Source: Eledone cirrhosa (taxonomy: Eukaryota). Taken from it: a DNA stretch of 64,000 nucleotides. The notes under the pieces are model-generated. The model was not told where the DNA came from and made no database searches. It worked only from the letters and a program-made list of their open reading frames with translations. The DNA lies in NCBI GenBank assembly GCA_964016885.1, contig OZ024742.1, positions 14,322,001 through 14,386,000 of the forward strand, in the 5' to 3' direction. A program made the position numbers and the translations under genes. Shown piece after piece: positions 39,208-54,756 of this stretch; within the stretch, counting starts at the first letter, position 1, and each line of letters begins with the position of its first letter.

Positions 39208-41239
39208 ATTTCTATATTAAACTTGATGTTTACACTCTACTAATGTATTGAGTACCTTACTAACTGTGGTTACCCCTGATTGAATCCAGGACTTATATAT
39301 ATATATATATATATGAGTTTGAAATCATTAGGAATACCCTGAATTCCTGATGATTTCAAATGTAATAGGTCCTGACCAGATGTAAAATTCAGGTACCCCA
39401 AAACCAAGGATGATATAGAGGATACTCAGCTGAAGTGTTGTGTAAGGGGACAAAGGGATTGTAAAAGAAACATCTTAATCTCACAGCTCTACATTCAGAC
39501 ATTGAGCACAATACATGTGAGAAGCTCACATTTGTTATCATATTAACCTCACAGCTGTTAACAGTGAAACAGTACTCTGGGAAGAAGCAGAGATCTTGAA
39601 AGATTTGTCAATCACTTTTACGGTCTACTTAATATCCCAGGCCGACCCTCACATACCACCGAAGAACTCAGAAGGCAAAGAACAAATACGGCAAAACATC
39701 TCATCCAGCACTAATAATTCCAGCAACTTACAGCCTTACAGCCTTAGATTGCTATTATATTTTAGCCCCACCTCTCGAAAAGATAAAATTAACTTCAGCA
39801 AGATTTGAACTCATATTGTAAAGGACTGAAATATTGCAAAGTGTTGTGTTCTATGCTCTGACGACTTCGCAGGAATTTGAGGTTATTTTAACTGTAAAGA
39901 TATTTACAGTTAAATTGTAGTTAAATCATTAAAAGTATAAGATATTTGAATTTGGGGCAAAAGGTAGTGCTTCCATGTGATCACTTGACTTGCTAAAGAC
40001 AACAGCTGTATCTAATCATCTATTGCTTTCGCTCAATGGGGTTGGGATCACCCTATCAGCAGTTCCAGAGGTGTCATCGTACATAGAGTCAACCAGGTCC
40101 ACCAGCACCCATCATTGATGGTAGTCCTGTACCAGCCCTTCTTCGTCCTCCAAGGTGATGTCGAGCCTCTAGAGATCTTCCTAAAGTATGTCTTAATGTT
40201 TGAATGCTTCATTCGATTCTGATTGAAAATTGAACCAATCTAGTCCTGTAAAAGTCATTGCTATATAAAATAAAGATGCTTATACTCGACCAACGTATTG
40301 AGTACATTTTTTACTGTGGTCACCCCTCGATATATATTGGGAATCTACCTATAATATATATATATCTGTGTGTGAGAGCATGTATCATCCTTATCATCAT
40401 TTAACATCCGTTTTCCGTGCTAGCAAGGGTTGGATGGGTGATAACAGACCAAATCAGTACTGAAGCTGAGCTAGTGACCTTTCAGACAGAGGTTGACATC
40501 TCTCTTACATATATTCTGGCAATCTACTGGGTGTTCAGGTGGACTGGGGTTCACATCTTCTTGTCTCAACGTTTCCATGTTCTTCTGTGTGTATTGTGGC
40601 ACCACACCTGGGATGGTTCTCTTTGACTCAGCTGAACAGTCACCCAAACCCTTTTCTTTGGCAGGTTTTCTACAGCCGGAGTTCGTTCTTTTCACAAACC
40701 ACTTTACACACACGTACACGTGTGTTTGTGCGTGTGTGTGTTTGTGTGTTTGTGTGGTTGTGTGTGTGTGTGTGTGTCTGTGCGTGCGTATGTGTGTGCG
40801 CGCGTATGTGTGTGTGTGTGTGTTTGTGTGTGTGTGTGCGTGTGTGTTTGTAGCAAAATCTGTAGGTGTGAAAAAGAAGGAAAAGAGTGCTGAACCAGGC
40901 CTTGATATACAAGAGGGGTCAAAGTTGTAACCTGCCTTCACATAACCTAAGGGCAGCAGCAACGAACTCCCTCTTACACCAATGGCCAGCCAACACAGGC
41001 TGGAGTTAGAAGATGAAGCAACAAAGGCGGTGCCCCAGCATGGCTTCAGGCGGATGGCTGGAACAGGGAAAAGAGTAAAAGAATATATATATAGAGAGAG
41101 ATATACATACACACACGTATATATGTATATAATAGGGAGTGTGTACACGTGTTTATGCGTTTCTACGCATATGTGTGCATGAATGTAGAGAGAGAAGAGT
41201 CAATAGACATCCGAGATAGCAAAAATATTTGTTTGTATG

Positions 41240-41281
<42 letters not shown>

Positions 41282-41396
41282 GCTTTTAAATGTGGGCTAT
41301 GCTACAATCTCTTTTGCTTGTTGTTGTTGTGATCACTGCTGCTATTTATTGTAATTAACGTTATTGATATCAATTACCATACTGCTGCTGCTACTG

Positions 41397-41433
<37 letters not shown>

Positions 41434-41504
41434 AACTGTTGATATAATGTCATTATTTTCTTCTAGTTTCACTTTCATCCAGCAAACTCCACTGCTGCCA
41501 TTAT

Positions 41505-41975
41505 TAACACCACCAGCAACAACAACAACACCAGCAACAACAACAACACCACCAGCAACAACAACAACAACACCAGCAACAACAACAACAACACCAGCAA
41601 CAACAACAACACCACCAGCAACAACAACAACAACACCAGCAACAACAACAACACCACCAGCAACAACAACAACAACACCAGCAACAACAACAACACCAGC
41701 AACAACAACAACACCACCAGCAACAACAACAACACCAGCAACAACAACAACACCACCAGCAACAACAACAACACCACCAGCAACAACAACAACACCACCA
41801 GCAACAACAACAACACCACCAGCAACAACAACAACACCACCAGCAACAACAACAACACCAGCAACAACAACAACAACACCAGCAACCACAACAGCAACAA
41901 CCACAACAGCAACAACAACAACAGAAACAACAATAGCAGCAACGACAACAACAATAACAACAACAACAACAATAG
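41505..41975. repeat. Compound trinucleotide repeat (CCA-GCA-(ACA)n)
   Basis: Source of the low-complexity ORFs in this interval. Confidence 0.92.
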
Positions 41976-42390
41976 CAAAGCAACAAAAGTTGCCGCAAGA
42001 CAGATTAAAGAGCTGGATTCTCAAATCGGACGAAGAGGAGGATACAGAGAAAGGGAAAAAGAAAGAGAGAGAGAACAAAATGACTATTTACCACTCATTA
42101 AGTAAGTAATTAATTGTTCTTTTCTAATGAAGTTCAGATTTTATTTTCCAAAACTGTTTCTACAAAAGCAAAAAAAAACTGTTAAAGGAACAAAAATAAA
42201 AAAAATTAAAAGAAAAAGGAAAAAAGAATGAATCAATGAAAGAGAGGGAGGGGACAGGCACTACACCCCAGTGTGGGTGGTGTTTCAGTTGCAAACCCCA
42301 CCCCAGTGTGAGTGGTGTTTCAGTTGCAAACTGGACAAAATGGTAAAGGTATTGGTGCGGAGAATGGCCAGAAAAAGCTGTTGCAAAATC

Positions 42391-43025
42391 CACCACCCTA
42401 CTTTACAGGACTCCCACCCTACTCTACAGGACTCCCACCCTACTCTACAGGACTCCCACCCTACTTTACAGGACTCCCACCCTACTCTACAGGACTCCCA
42501 CCCTACTTTACAGGACTCCCACCCTACTCTACAGGACTCCCACCCTACTCTACAGGACTCCCACCCTACTCTACAGGACTCCCACCCTACTTTACAGGAC
42601 TCCCACCCTACTCTACAGGACTCCCACCCTACTTTACAGGACTCCCACCCTACTTTACAGGACTCCCACCCTACTCTACAGGACTCCCACCCTACTTTAC
42701 AGGACTCCCACCCTACTCTACAGGACTCCCACCCTACTTTACAGGACTCCCACCCTACTCTACAGGACTCCCACCCTACTTTACAGGACTCCCACCCTAC
42801 TCTACAGGACTCCCACCCTACTTTACAGGACTCCCACCCTACTCTACAGGACTCCCACCCTACTTTACAGGACTCCCACCCTACTCTACAGGACTCCCAC
42901 CCTACTTTACAGGACTCCCACCCTACTCTACAGGACTCCCACCCTACTTTACAGGACTCCCACCCTACTCTACAGGACTCCCACCCTACTTTACAGGACT
43001 CCCACCCTACTTTACAGGACTCCAT
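42391..43025. repeat. 21-bp tandem repeat (~30 copies)
   Basis: Unit ccaccctact(c/t)tacaggactc, nearly homogeneous, with largely alternating C/T variants. Confidence 0.95.
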
Positions 43026-43704
43026 CCTCAAAGGGATCGCTGTCTTTCCAATTTTACAGAAGAAATCAGCAATGTGACGATTGGGGACATAATGCAGAAC
43101 CTCGGTTTGAGAGGTGAATTTGCTTCCCTCGAAAGGGATGAGGGTTAATCCATCAAGGCACTTGCCATCTGGCTCCTCCTGGGATGGGAATAAATTAATA
43201 TCTAGTAAAGTATTCTCATCCTGGTGTTTCAAAGAAGAGGGACAGATATATTAGTGAACACCCTATGGTAGATAGTGGGATGTATGTTTATGTACGTCTC
43301 TCTCCCTTTCTCTCACTCTCTCTGTCTCTCATATATATATGATGAAATGAACAGACCTGCTTTTTCTCGAAGAAATCTTTTTCGTTTCTACCCCCACCCA
43401 CTGTCCACTATCTTTCTATTCAGACGTTCCCTACTATATCAAGCGTAAAACTAATATTTATCTTCATTGTACTTCAACGTTTGTTGTGCTTTTTTTCGTC
43501 TACTTTTCGCATACACACACATACAGGAAGAAAAAACAACATATATATACATATATATATATACATATATATACATACATATATACATATACATATATAT
43601 ATATATATATATACATATATACATATATATACATATATACATATACATATATATATATATACATATATACATATATATACATATATACATATACATATAT
43701 ATAT

Positions 43705-43737
<33 letters not shown>

Positions 43738-43883
43738 TATATACATATATATATACATATATACAAATATATACATATACACATATATACATTTTTATAT
43801 ACATATATACACATATATACATATATACATATATATATATACATATAATATAAGATCAAAAGATGGTTAAAGGAGTTCCATAT

Positions 43884-43952
43884 ATTTTATTATGCGCATT
43901 TCAAAAACAAACATCATCAAGCAAAAATATTTGTGTTTTCATCAGATAAAAC
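43884..43952 (-). ncRNA. Type I hammerhead ribozyme (pLTR, inverted arm)
   Basis: Reverse complement of the 44340-44408 motif. Confidence 0.85.
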
Positions 43953-44339
43953 AGGAGAACATGATATGAAGGCTAAAAAACACTTGTGGATAGTGCAGTT
44001 TTAAATCAACATATGAAAAGTGGTTTTAGATTGATGTGTGATATTGGGAAAAATATTTTATTTAGAGAGGGGGGGGGTGATGAAAAGGGAAGGAGATGAG
44101 AGGGAGAGATGGGTGATAGAGAGAAAGAGATAGTTTTTATAACTCTCAGTTATAAAAACTATCTCTTTCTCTCTATCACCCATCTCTCCCTCTCATCTCC
44201 TTCCCTTTTCATCACCCCCCCCCTCTCTAAATAAAATATTTTTCCCAATATCACACATCAATCTAAAACCACTTTTCATATGTTGATTTAAAACTGCACT
44301 ATCCACAAGTGTTTTTTAGCCTTCATATCATGTTCTCCT

Positions 44340-44408
44340 GTTTTATCTGATGAAAACACAAATATTATTGCTTGATGATGTTTGTTTTTGAAATGCGCAT
44401 AATAAAAT
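44340..44408 (+). ncRNA. Type I hammerhead ribozyme (pLTR)
   Basis: GUUUUAU-CUGAUGA-AAACACAAAUAUUAUU(gcuu)GAUGAUGUUUGUUUUU-GAAA-UGCGCA-UA^AUAAAAU. Confidence 0.88.
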
Positions 44409-44544
44409 ATATGGAACTCCTTTAACCATCTTTTGATCTTATATTATGCATACTCCAGTCCCACAAACTGTAGAGTGCTTCTTATCCGATATCTGCATTG
44501 CTTTATTGTACTACAATAAAACTCACCTCCTACATTATATATAC

Positions 44545-44576
<32 letters not shown>

Positions 44577-44645
44577 GCGAAGAAATACCAATGATAATCA
44601 GCAGACTACTGATGATGGACAGTCCTGTTTCTCAGTCTATTTTCA

Positions 44646-44721
<76 letters not shown>

Positions 44722-44767
44722 AATACATATATATATACATATACGTATATATATACATATACATATA

Positions 44768-45541
44768 TCATCATCATTGTTTAACGTCCATCTTCCACGC
44801 TAGCATGGGTTTGGACGAGAATTTTCCCACTTGAGGCAAGATTGGTTGTCTTGCTCATATAGGACTGTCTGGCGGGTTTTCTACGGCTGGATGCCCTTCC
44901 TAACACCAACCACATTTACAGTGTGGACTGGGAGGTTTTTACCATGTTACCTACACGGCCACATTACAACGTGGACTGTGTGTTTTTTTTGTCGTGACAT
45001 CTACACAACATCATTTGTTTCGGACTGGATGTTGTGGTACCAACATAACTTTACATAGGAAGGGGTGGTGTGGATGGAGTGGGGGTAGTGGGACGGGGGT
45101 GTATTTTTGTTAGAGGTGCCTACTGACTGTAGGTTTCGTTTGTACTTAGGCAAGGCGGGTCTTCTGTATTACTGTGTAGCGCCAAAGATCTCGGTCCAGT
45201 GACATTGTCTTGGAGAGGTGTGAGGTCAGAATTTATCAAGTCGTCCCAGGTTTTTCTGGGTCTGCATACTCCGTGGCTACCGTCTATTTTTATCGCCCTG
45301 CACTTTTTTATACAGCTGTCGTCTTTCATGCGCATCATGTGACCGTACCAACATAGTCTTCTCTCGAGTAAACAGCATCTGATCCCTCTTATTTCTAATT
45401 TCTCCCTTAGTTCATTTATGCTTTGCCGTTCGCGTATTTTACTATTACACATCCAGCGGAGCATGCAGGCTTCATTCTTCTCCAGTCTGCGTATATCCTC
45501 TGCACACAATGCCCAGGTCTCACTGCCATGTAACATTGTTG

Positions 45542-45543
<2 letters not shown>
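44768..45543 (-). mobile_element. RTE LINE 3' fragment (second subfamily)
   Basis: Encodes MLHGSETWAL...RRLCWYGHMMR...RPRKTW. Its 3' UTR is shared with 50260-50640, 50841-51395 and 54757-55025. Confidence 0.9.
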
Positions 45544-45578
<35 letters not shown>

Positions 45579-45582
<4 letters not shown>

Positions 45583-47409
45583 AACAATTTTCGCACTGAA
45601 CTACCTGTTAGATTAATCGCCCCCTCTAAATCTGATCTGGGGGTTGTTAGTAAAGCCATCTTGGATAGAATTATCCCACAGGTTAGTTCTAATTGCTCTT
45701 CTTTGAACCTAAATTTATGGTTTGGTACTTCTGAGGTGATTGGCTGGTTCAACAAATTGGATAATAAAAACAAACTAAAATTTATTCAATTTGATATTGC
45801 CAGCTACTATTCCTCCATTTCGCCTTCACTTCTCAATAATGCTCTATCTTTCGCACTTAAATATTCTGACATCACCACAGATGAACTTCACATCACCCTC
45901 ACCGCACGTAAAACCATCCTAGAGTTCAACAACGAATATTGGACCAGAGCCGATACCTCTAACAACTTCGATATCACAATGGGAGCATCTGATTCATCCC
46001 AATTGACTGATTTAATTGGTATCTTCATTTTGAACTCTTTGAGTCGGAAAATTCCTCAACTTCGCGGTGGAATTTATCGTGACGATGGACTCTTTACTAT
46101 CCTAAATTGCAATATAGTTAACCTTAATATTATTAAGAACAATATACGTAATCTCTTTAACCAACATAACCTAAAAATTGAATTTGATAATAGTATCAAA
46201 CTAGCTAATTTCTTGGATGTATCTCTTAATCTTGACACTGGCCTATATTACCCTTACCATAAAAACAATGAGAACCTAAATTATGTTAACTTTAAATCTA
46301 ACCATCCTACCAATATCAAGAATGCTATAGTTAGTAATATTGGAAAAAGAATATCTAACATATCCTCTAATAAAAACATCTTTGATGCTAACGCCAATTA
46401 CTATAATAACGCACTTTCTAAAGCCGGCTATCCAGATAAAATCAAATATAGTAAAGAAACAAATTCTAGAAAAACTTACAGTAGAATAATTAATCATGAT
46501 CATTCCAATAATTTTAATAAAAGACCTAGATACAAAAACATAATCTGGTATAATGCTCCTTTCTCCATCTCTATTAATAACAATATTCCTAAATTATTTT
46601 TTAGTGCCTTAAATAAATGCTTCCCTCCCTCACATATCTATAGTAAAATATTTAACAAACACACCATCAAATTTTCTTATTCTACATCCTCCAATATTTC
46701 CAACATCATCTCTAAACACAACAATAAAATACTAAATACTAAATCTCTTCCTTCCAACATTGAATTTCATAATAACAGTAATAGTACTCCCGACGTCATT
46801 GTAAACCCTAGGCTAACTTCTGTAAACACAAATACAACGTAAAACATAACTTCGCTAAATGTTCATAATCCAACTCTAAATCAAGAAACTATTATTCCTA
46901 TTATTCCTATCGCAAACAACTTCTCCAATCCAATTCCTTCTATAGATAACACTAGGTCACTCATTAATAATCTCTCTAATTGCAACTGCCGCATTAAAAA
47001 TAAATGTCCTCTCAACAACCATTGTCTCGATAAAAACTTAATTTATGAATGTAAAATTATAACTAGCACCAATTCCTTCACCTATTTTGGCTCCACTTCC
47101 ACCTCTTTTAAAGCTCGTCTCTATAATCATCATTCATCTTTCAAATACAAACTTAAAAGAACCAACACTGCTCTCTCAGAACTCATATGGTCCTTAAAAG
47201 ACAAAAACATTAAATATACCATCTTTTGGAAGAAGGTTTCTTCTGCATCCTCATACTTGAACAGCTCTCTATCTAAAATCTGTAATCTCTGCCTAAATGA
47301 AAAATTTACCATTATCTCTAACCTAGATTCTATAATAAATAGACGTACAGATTTATTTTCTATCTGCCTGCATAAATTCCATAGAACTTTTCACAAAGTA
47401 TACAGTTAA
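45579..47409 (+). pseudogene. PLE RT-GIY-YIG polyprotein with one premature stop
   Basis: RT motifs FDIASYY, ITMGA, IYRDDGL, NFLDVSL, SNHP and IIWYNAPFS. A TAA at 46840-46842 is TCA in the second copy. The frame then continues with CNCRIKNKCPLNNHC, LIY...YFG..R.YNH, CNLCLNEK, NRR...CLH, and stops at 47407-47409. Confidence 0.88.
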
Positions 47410-48392
47410 TATTCAATTCTTTATCAATTTAGAATCTTTTCTCAAAGGCACATATACATACACCTCTTTAAAATATACCCATCTTCCCACCTTACTTTAA
47501 AGGGCATTATACACTCTATAATACTTGTTTACTCATTACCCTCATTCTATCTTCACCTTGTAAAATCCTTCATAACATATACATTTATTTTTTTGACGTT
47601 AGAATATTCATCCGCAATCATTATTATTTTTTCTCTCTATCATAAATCTTTTTAATCTCAATTTCATCCTTAATTTATTATTTTTTTCTCCCCATCAACG
47701 AACTCATTCTTAATACATATTAACTCTTTATCAATTCCTTCAATATACAAACTTTAACTTCACATTATTTTTCTCAAATCCTTCTACACACAAACCTTAA
47801 TAATTTTTCTCTTCGTTAATTTTGAAATTGCCACAATACTTATCAACACACACTTTTTTTGACGTTAGAATATTCATCCACAATTATTATTTTTTTCTCT
47901 CTATCTTCATACATAAATTCCCTTCGTTAATTTTCAAATTCCTTTAATTTATGTAAAACAATATATCTTTTTCTCAGTTATAAAAACTATCTCTTTCTCT
48001 CTATCACCCATCTCTCCCTCTCCACCTTCACTCTCATCTCCTCCCCCTCTTTCATCCTTCCCCCCCCCCCCTCCATAAATAAAATATTCTTTCCTCGCAC
48101 ATATCCTCCCTTCGTTAATTTCAAATTTTTAATTTATACATTATCTTCCAACGGTTTTCAACCTCTCTATGTAAAACAATATATCTCCTCTCAGTTATAA
48201 AAACTATCTCTTTCTTTCTCTCTATCACCCATCTCTCCCTCTCATCTCCTCCCCTTTTTCATCCTTTCCACCCCCTCTCTCTAAATAAAATATTTTTCCC
48301 AATATCACACATCAATCTAAAACCACTTTTCATATGTTGATTTAAAACTGCACTATCCACAAGTGTTTTTTAGCCTTCATATCATGTTCTCC

Positions 48393-48463
48393 TGTTTTAT
48401 CTGATGAAAACACAAATATTATTGCTTGATGATGTTTGTTTTTGAAATGCGCATAATAAAATA
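48393..48463 (+). ncRNA. Type I hammerhead ribozyme (3' pLTR of Naiad)
   Basis: Same motif as 44340-44408, with CTGATGA at 48401-48407. Confidence 0.88.
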
Positions 48464-48493
48464 CATGGAACTCCTTTAACCATCTTTTGATCT

Positions 48494-48546
<53 letters not shown>

Positions 48547-48870
48547 GGAGGCATATGGCTTAGTGGTTAGAGCATTGGCCTTGCAATTGAAAGGTTGTGG
48601 GAGACCGGGTGATGTGTTGTTTCCTTGAGCAAGACACTTTATTTCACATTGCTCCAGTTTACTCAACTGTAGAAATGAGATGATAGGGACTGGGGTCCCT
48701 ATTATTCCACTACAAAGTGGTCGTCGAGGTGCCACGGCAAAAAAGCACCCAGCACTCACTGTAAATGAGGTTGGTGTTAGGAAGGGCATCCAGCTGTAGA
48801 AATCAAGCCAGAATCAGTTCCCGTCCCACCCTTGCAAGCAGGGAAAAGTGGACGTAAAATGAAATGATGA
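48547..48870 (+). mobile_element. tRNA-headed SINE with RTE 3' tail
   Basis: Homologous to 37332-37640. Confidence 0.85.
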
Positions 48871-48881
48871 ATGATGATGAT

Positions 48882-49414
<533 letters not shown>

Positions 49415-49509
49415 CATATATATACATATCCACCCTTGCAAGCAAGGAAAAAGCGGGCATAAAATGAAACGATGATGATGATGATATATATATATATACA
49501 CACACATAA

Positions 49510-49729
49510 ATACAGACGAGCTCGGCACAGATGTCTGAAATCGTTCATCAGAATGAATGTTGTTTATTACATAACTAAATAGCTCTGTAGTCTACATAGA
49601 GCACTCACCTTTCCTTTACCTTTCCTACGGAAACACTTAATATACATAGACTACAGAGCTATTTAGTTATGTAATAAACAACATTCATTCTCATGAACGA
49701 TTTCAGACATGTGCCGAGCTCGTCTGTAT
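49510..49729. mobile_element. Small fold-back element related in its tail to the 48882 element
   Basis: Arms 49510-49594 and 49647-49729. Shares agctctgta..tacatagagcactc...acggaaac with 49232-49295. Confidence 0.75.
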
Positions 49730-50178
49730 ATATATATATATATATAGTAGAATAATCGAGTATCGAAAAATCGGCGCACGAGTTCACGATAAACAAAATT
49801 CGAGATGAGCGGCAGAGGGCTCTATAATTCAAATAAATTAGAGCTATAACTATCGTTAAATACCGTCACACGTAGAATATGTCTACAATCAACCAAATAA
49901 CCGATAAGTTCGATATGGAAGATTCGGGACACTCAGATAAATTATCAATAAATCAATAAATGAAATGAATGTAAAATGCATACCCGGACCCACTAGAGAG
50001 ATGGAATATCTAGCTTCTTGGGTTTCTGTAAATCCTTAAACCGTCATCTATCAGCTCATATAAAAATATAAGACTTACAGAAAAGCGGGGGACTGGAGTT
50101 ACTTCATCAACGAGCTTCGTCCGAATGGATGGAAAGACAAGACCCAGGCTAAAAATACGCACATGGATTTCAGCAAGG

Positions 50179-50253
<75 letters not shown>

Positions 50254-50259
50254 GTATAT

Positions 50260-51395
<1,136 letters not shown>

Positions 51396-51430
51396 GATGA
51401 TATATATGTATACATATGTATATATATATG

Positions 51431-51511
<81 letters not shown>

Positions 51512-51556
51512 AGATATATATATGTATATATATATGTATATGTATATATATATATG

Positions 51557-51642
<86 letters not shown>

Positions 51643-51649
51643 TATGTAT

Positions 51650-52060
51650 ATAATAACTAAAAATTGATTAACATATATATAAATAAATATAAACATGAAT
51701 AATCACAGGAGATAATTTCTACAAGCGTGTAACCACGCATGGCTAGTAGGTAACAAATAAATAAAGTTAACTAGAACTTCAAAAATAGATACCTAATAGG
51801 TATCTATAGTTCTAGTTAACTTTATTTATTTGTTACCTACTAGCCATGCGTGGTTACACGCTTGTAGAAATTATCTCCTGTGATTATTCATGTTTATATT
51901 TATTTATATATATGTTAATCAATTTCTAGTTATTATAAAATGCTCGGACCTACATAATCTTTGAGCTTATTTTCCGAGCGATATGGCGCACGCCGTTAAG
52001 GCATGATATCCACAATTTCGATTCGGATTAAATTCATTTAATTTATCTTAATTTTGGATA
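51650..52060. mobile_element. Fold-back element with 3' tail
   Basis: Arms ~51650-51780 and ~51808-51937 flank the small palindrome atagatacctaataggtatctat. The tail begins with a bulged hairpin at 51942-51966. Confidence 0.8.
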
Positions 52061-52094
52061 TAGATATATATATGTATATATATGTATATATATG

Positions 52095-52129
<35 letters not shown>

Positions 52130-52256
52130 GCCTCGGGAAAACTCCCGTCCAAACCCATGCAAGCGTGGAACATGGACGTTAAACGATGATGACGATGATG
52201 ATGATGATATATATGTTATGTATATATGTATATATATATATATATATGTGTATATA

Positions 52257-52287
<31 letters not shown>

Positions 52288-52288
52288 C

Positions 52289-52330
<42 letters not shown>

Positions 52331-52431
52331 TATACATATATATATACACATATATATACATATACATACAGTCTAACCCATGCTAGTGTATATATACATA
52401 TATATATACATATATATATATACATACATAT

Positions 52432-52462
<31 letters not shown>

Positions 52463-52602
52463 AATACATTATCGGAGAAAGCTAATAGCAATACTCCGGC
52501 CAAATCCCAACTCACTCAACAAACATTAGGAAATAAGTGAGTATATTCCTAATTAAACATTCGGGGTGCTAACTAATTGTATTGTGTGGAAAATTGGCTG
52601 TA

Positions 52603-53350
52603 AGGGTCTCAAAGTCAACATGACAAAGACTAAGGTCCTTGTAAGTAGACGAGAAAACAGAACCCAGATCCCCTCAGGGAAATGGCCTTGCTCAGTATGT
52701 AGGAAAGGTGTAGGTAGGAACTCCATTCTCTGCCCCAAATGCAAACAATGGGTACACAAGAGATGTAGCGGGATCTCAGGAAGCTTAATTAACAATGTAG
52801 GATTCACATGCAGCAGTTCTGCTGAAACAGCAAGCAGCAAACAGCCACAGGAAACAAGTACCACCAATATCTGGGAGGGCCCTGTAGAAACAGTAGACAG
52901 CTTCTGCTACCTACGTGACCGAATTAGCAAGGTGATAAAAGCCGACCTTACCCAATTACACCTCTCAAAGGCGATGACACACGACCGTGACCTCTGGCGT
53001 CACGCAGTAATACAGAGTACCCGACCTCCCATGGGTACAAGCTGAAGCATATAAACAATATGCCCCCACACCCCCCACCGCAAGGTGGTCGTGGAGGTGC
53101 CACGGCAAAAAAGCACCCAGCCCACACTGTAAAGTGGACGTGTAGGCGCCACGGAAAAAAGCACCCAGCACTCACTGTAAATGAGGTTGGTGTTAGGAAG
53201 GACATCCAGCTGTAGAAATCAAGCCAGATCAGTTCCTGTATGAGCAAGGCATGGTCAGCCGACCAGACACTGCCCACAACAGGACAACCCGTCTAACCCA
53301 TGCTAGCGTGGAAGAACGGACGTAAAACGGTGATGATGATGATGATGATG
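52603..53350 (+). mobile_element. RTE LINE 3' fragment with internal deletion
   Basis: Encodes LKVNMTKTK...C4HC3 finger...FCYL, joined directly to VIKADLTQL, followed by the 3' UTR and (GAT)n. Confidence 0.9.
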
Positions 53351-53686
53351 ATGATTTCATGAGAGATATATCGAATATATCTCTTCCCAGACGGACGTCT
53401 CGTTTCATTATAAGATTCCTACAAGTTAGGTGAAATTATACCAATTTATGTAGAAGCTTGTATAAGATCAACAGATACTTATTCAAGTGGGCTCTTCAGT
53501 GGTGCCCAATAATATTAATATTGATAACCAAAATCAACATCAATATTTAGCGATAATCACCATCAGTGCTTGAGGTAGCTGTTAGGTTGCTCGCCCAGCA
53601 GTTCTAAAGAAATTCTCATACTGTCTCAAAAAAAGAGGAAGGAGAATTATGTATGTATGTATATATATATATATATATATATATAC

Positions 53687-54285
<599 letters not shown>

Positions 54286-54302
54286 TATATACATATACAT
54301 AC

Positions 54303-54509
<207 letters not shown>

Positions 54510-54580
54510 CACACATACATATATATATATATATACACATATACATACATACATATATATATATATATACACATACATAC

Positions 54581-54611
<31 letters not shown>

Positions 54612-54620
54612 CATATATAC

Positions 54621-54747
<127 letters not shown>

Positions 54748-54756
54748 TACATATAT

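Larger units (their letters stand above)
43845..44447. repeat. ~300-bp-arm palindrome of the Naiad pLTR
   Basis: 43845-44144 and 44148-44447 are inverted with a 3-nt spacer (ctc). Sequence matches 48190-48499. Confidence 0.95.
45579..48499 (+). mobile_element. Penelope-like retroelement, Naiad-type, 5'-truncated, inserted in (TA)n
   Basis: RT plus C-terminal GIY-YIG ORF, long AT-rich 3' region, pLTR with hammerhead, (TA)n on both sides. Confidence 0.9.

Noticed and set aside
41374-43232. Thr-, Val-, Leu-, Cys-rich and heptapeptide-repeat ORFs
   Set aside because: Stop-free simple repeats open in many frames on both strands; no gene structure.
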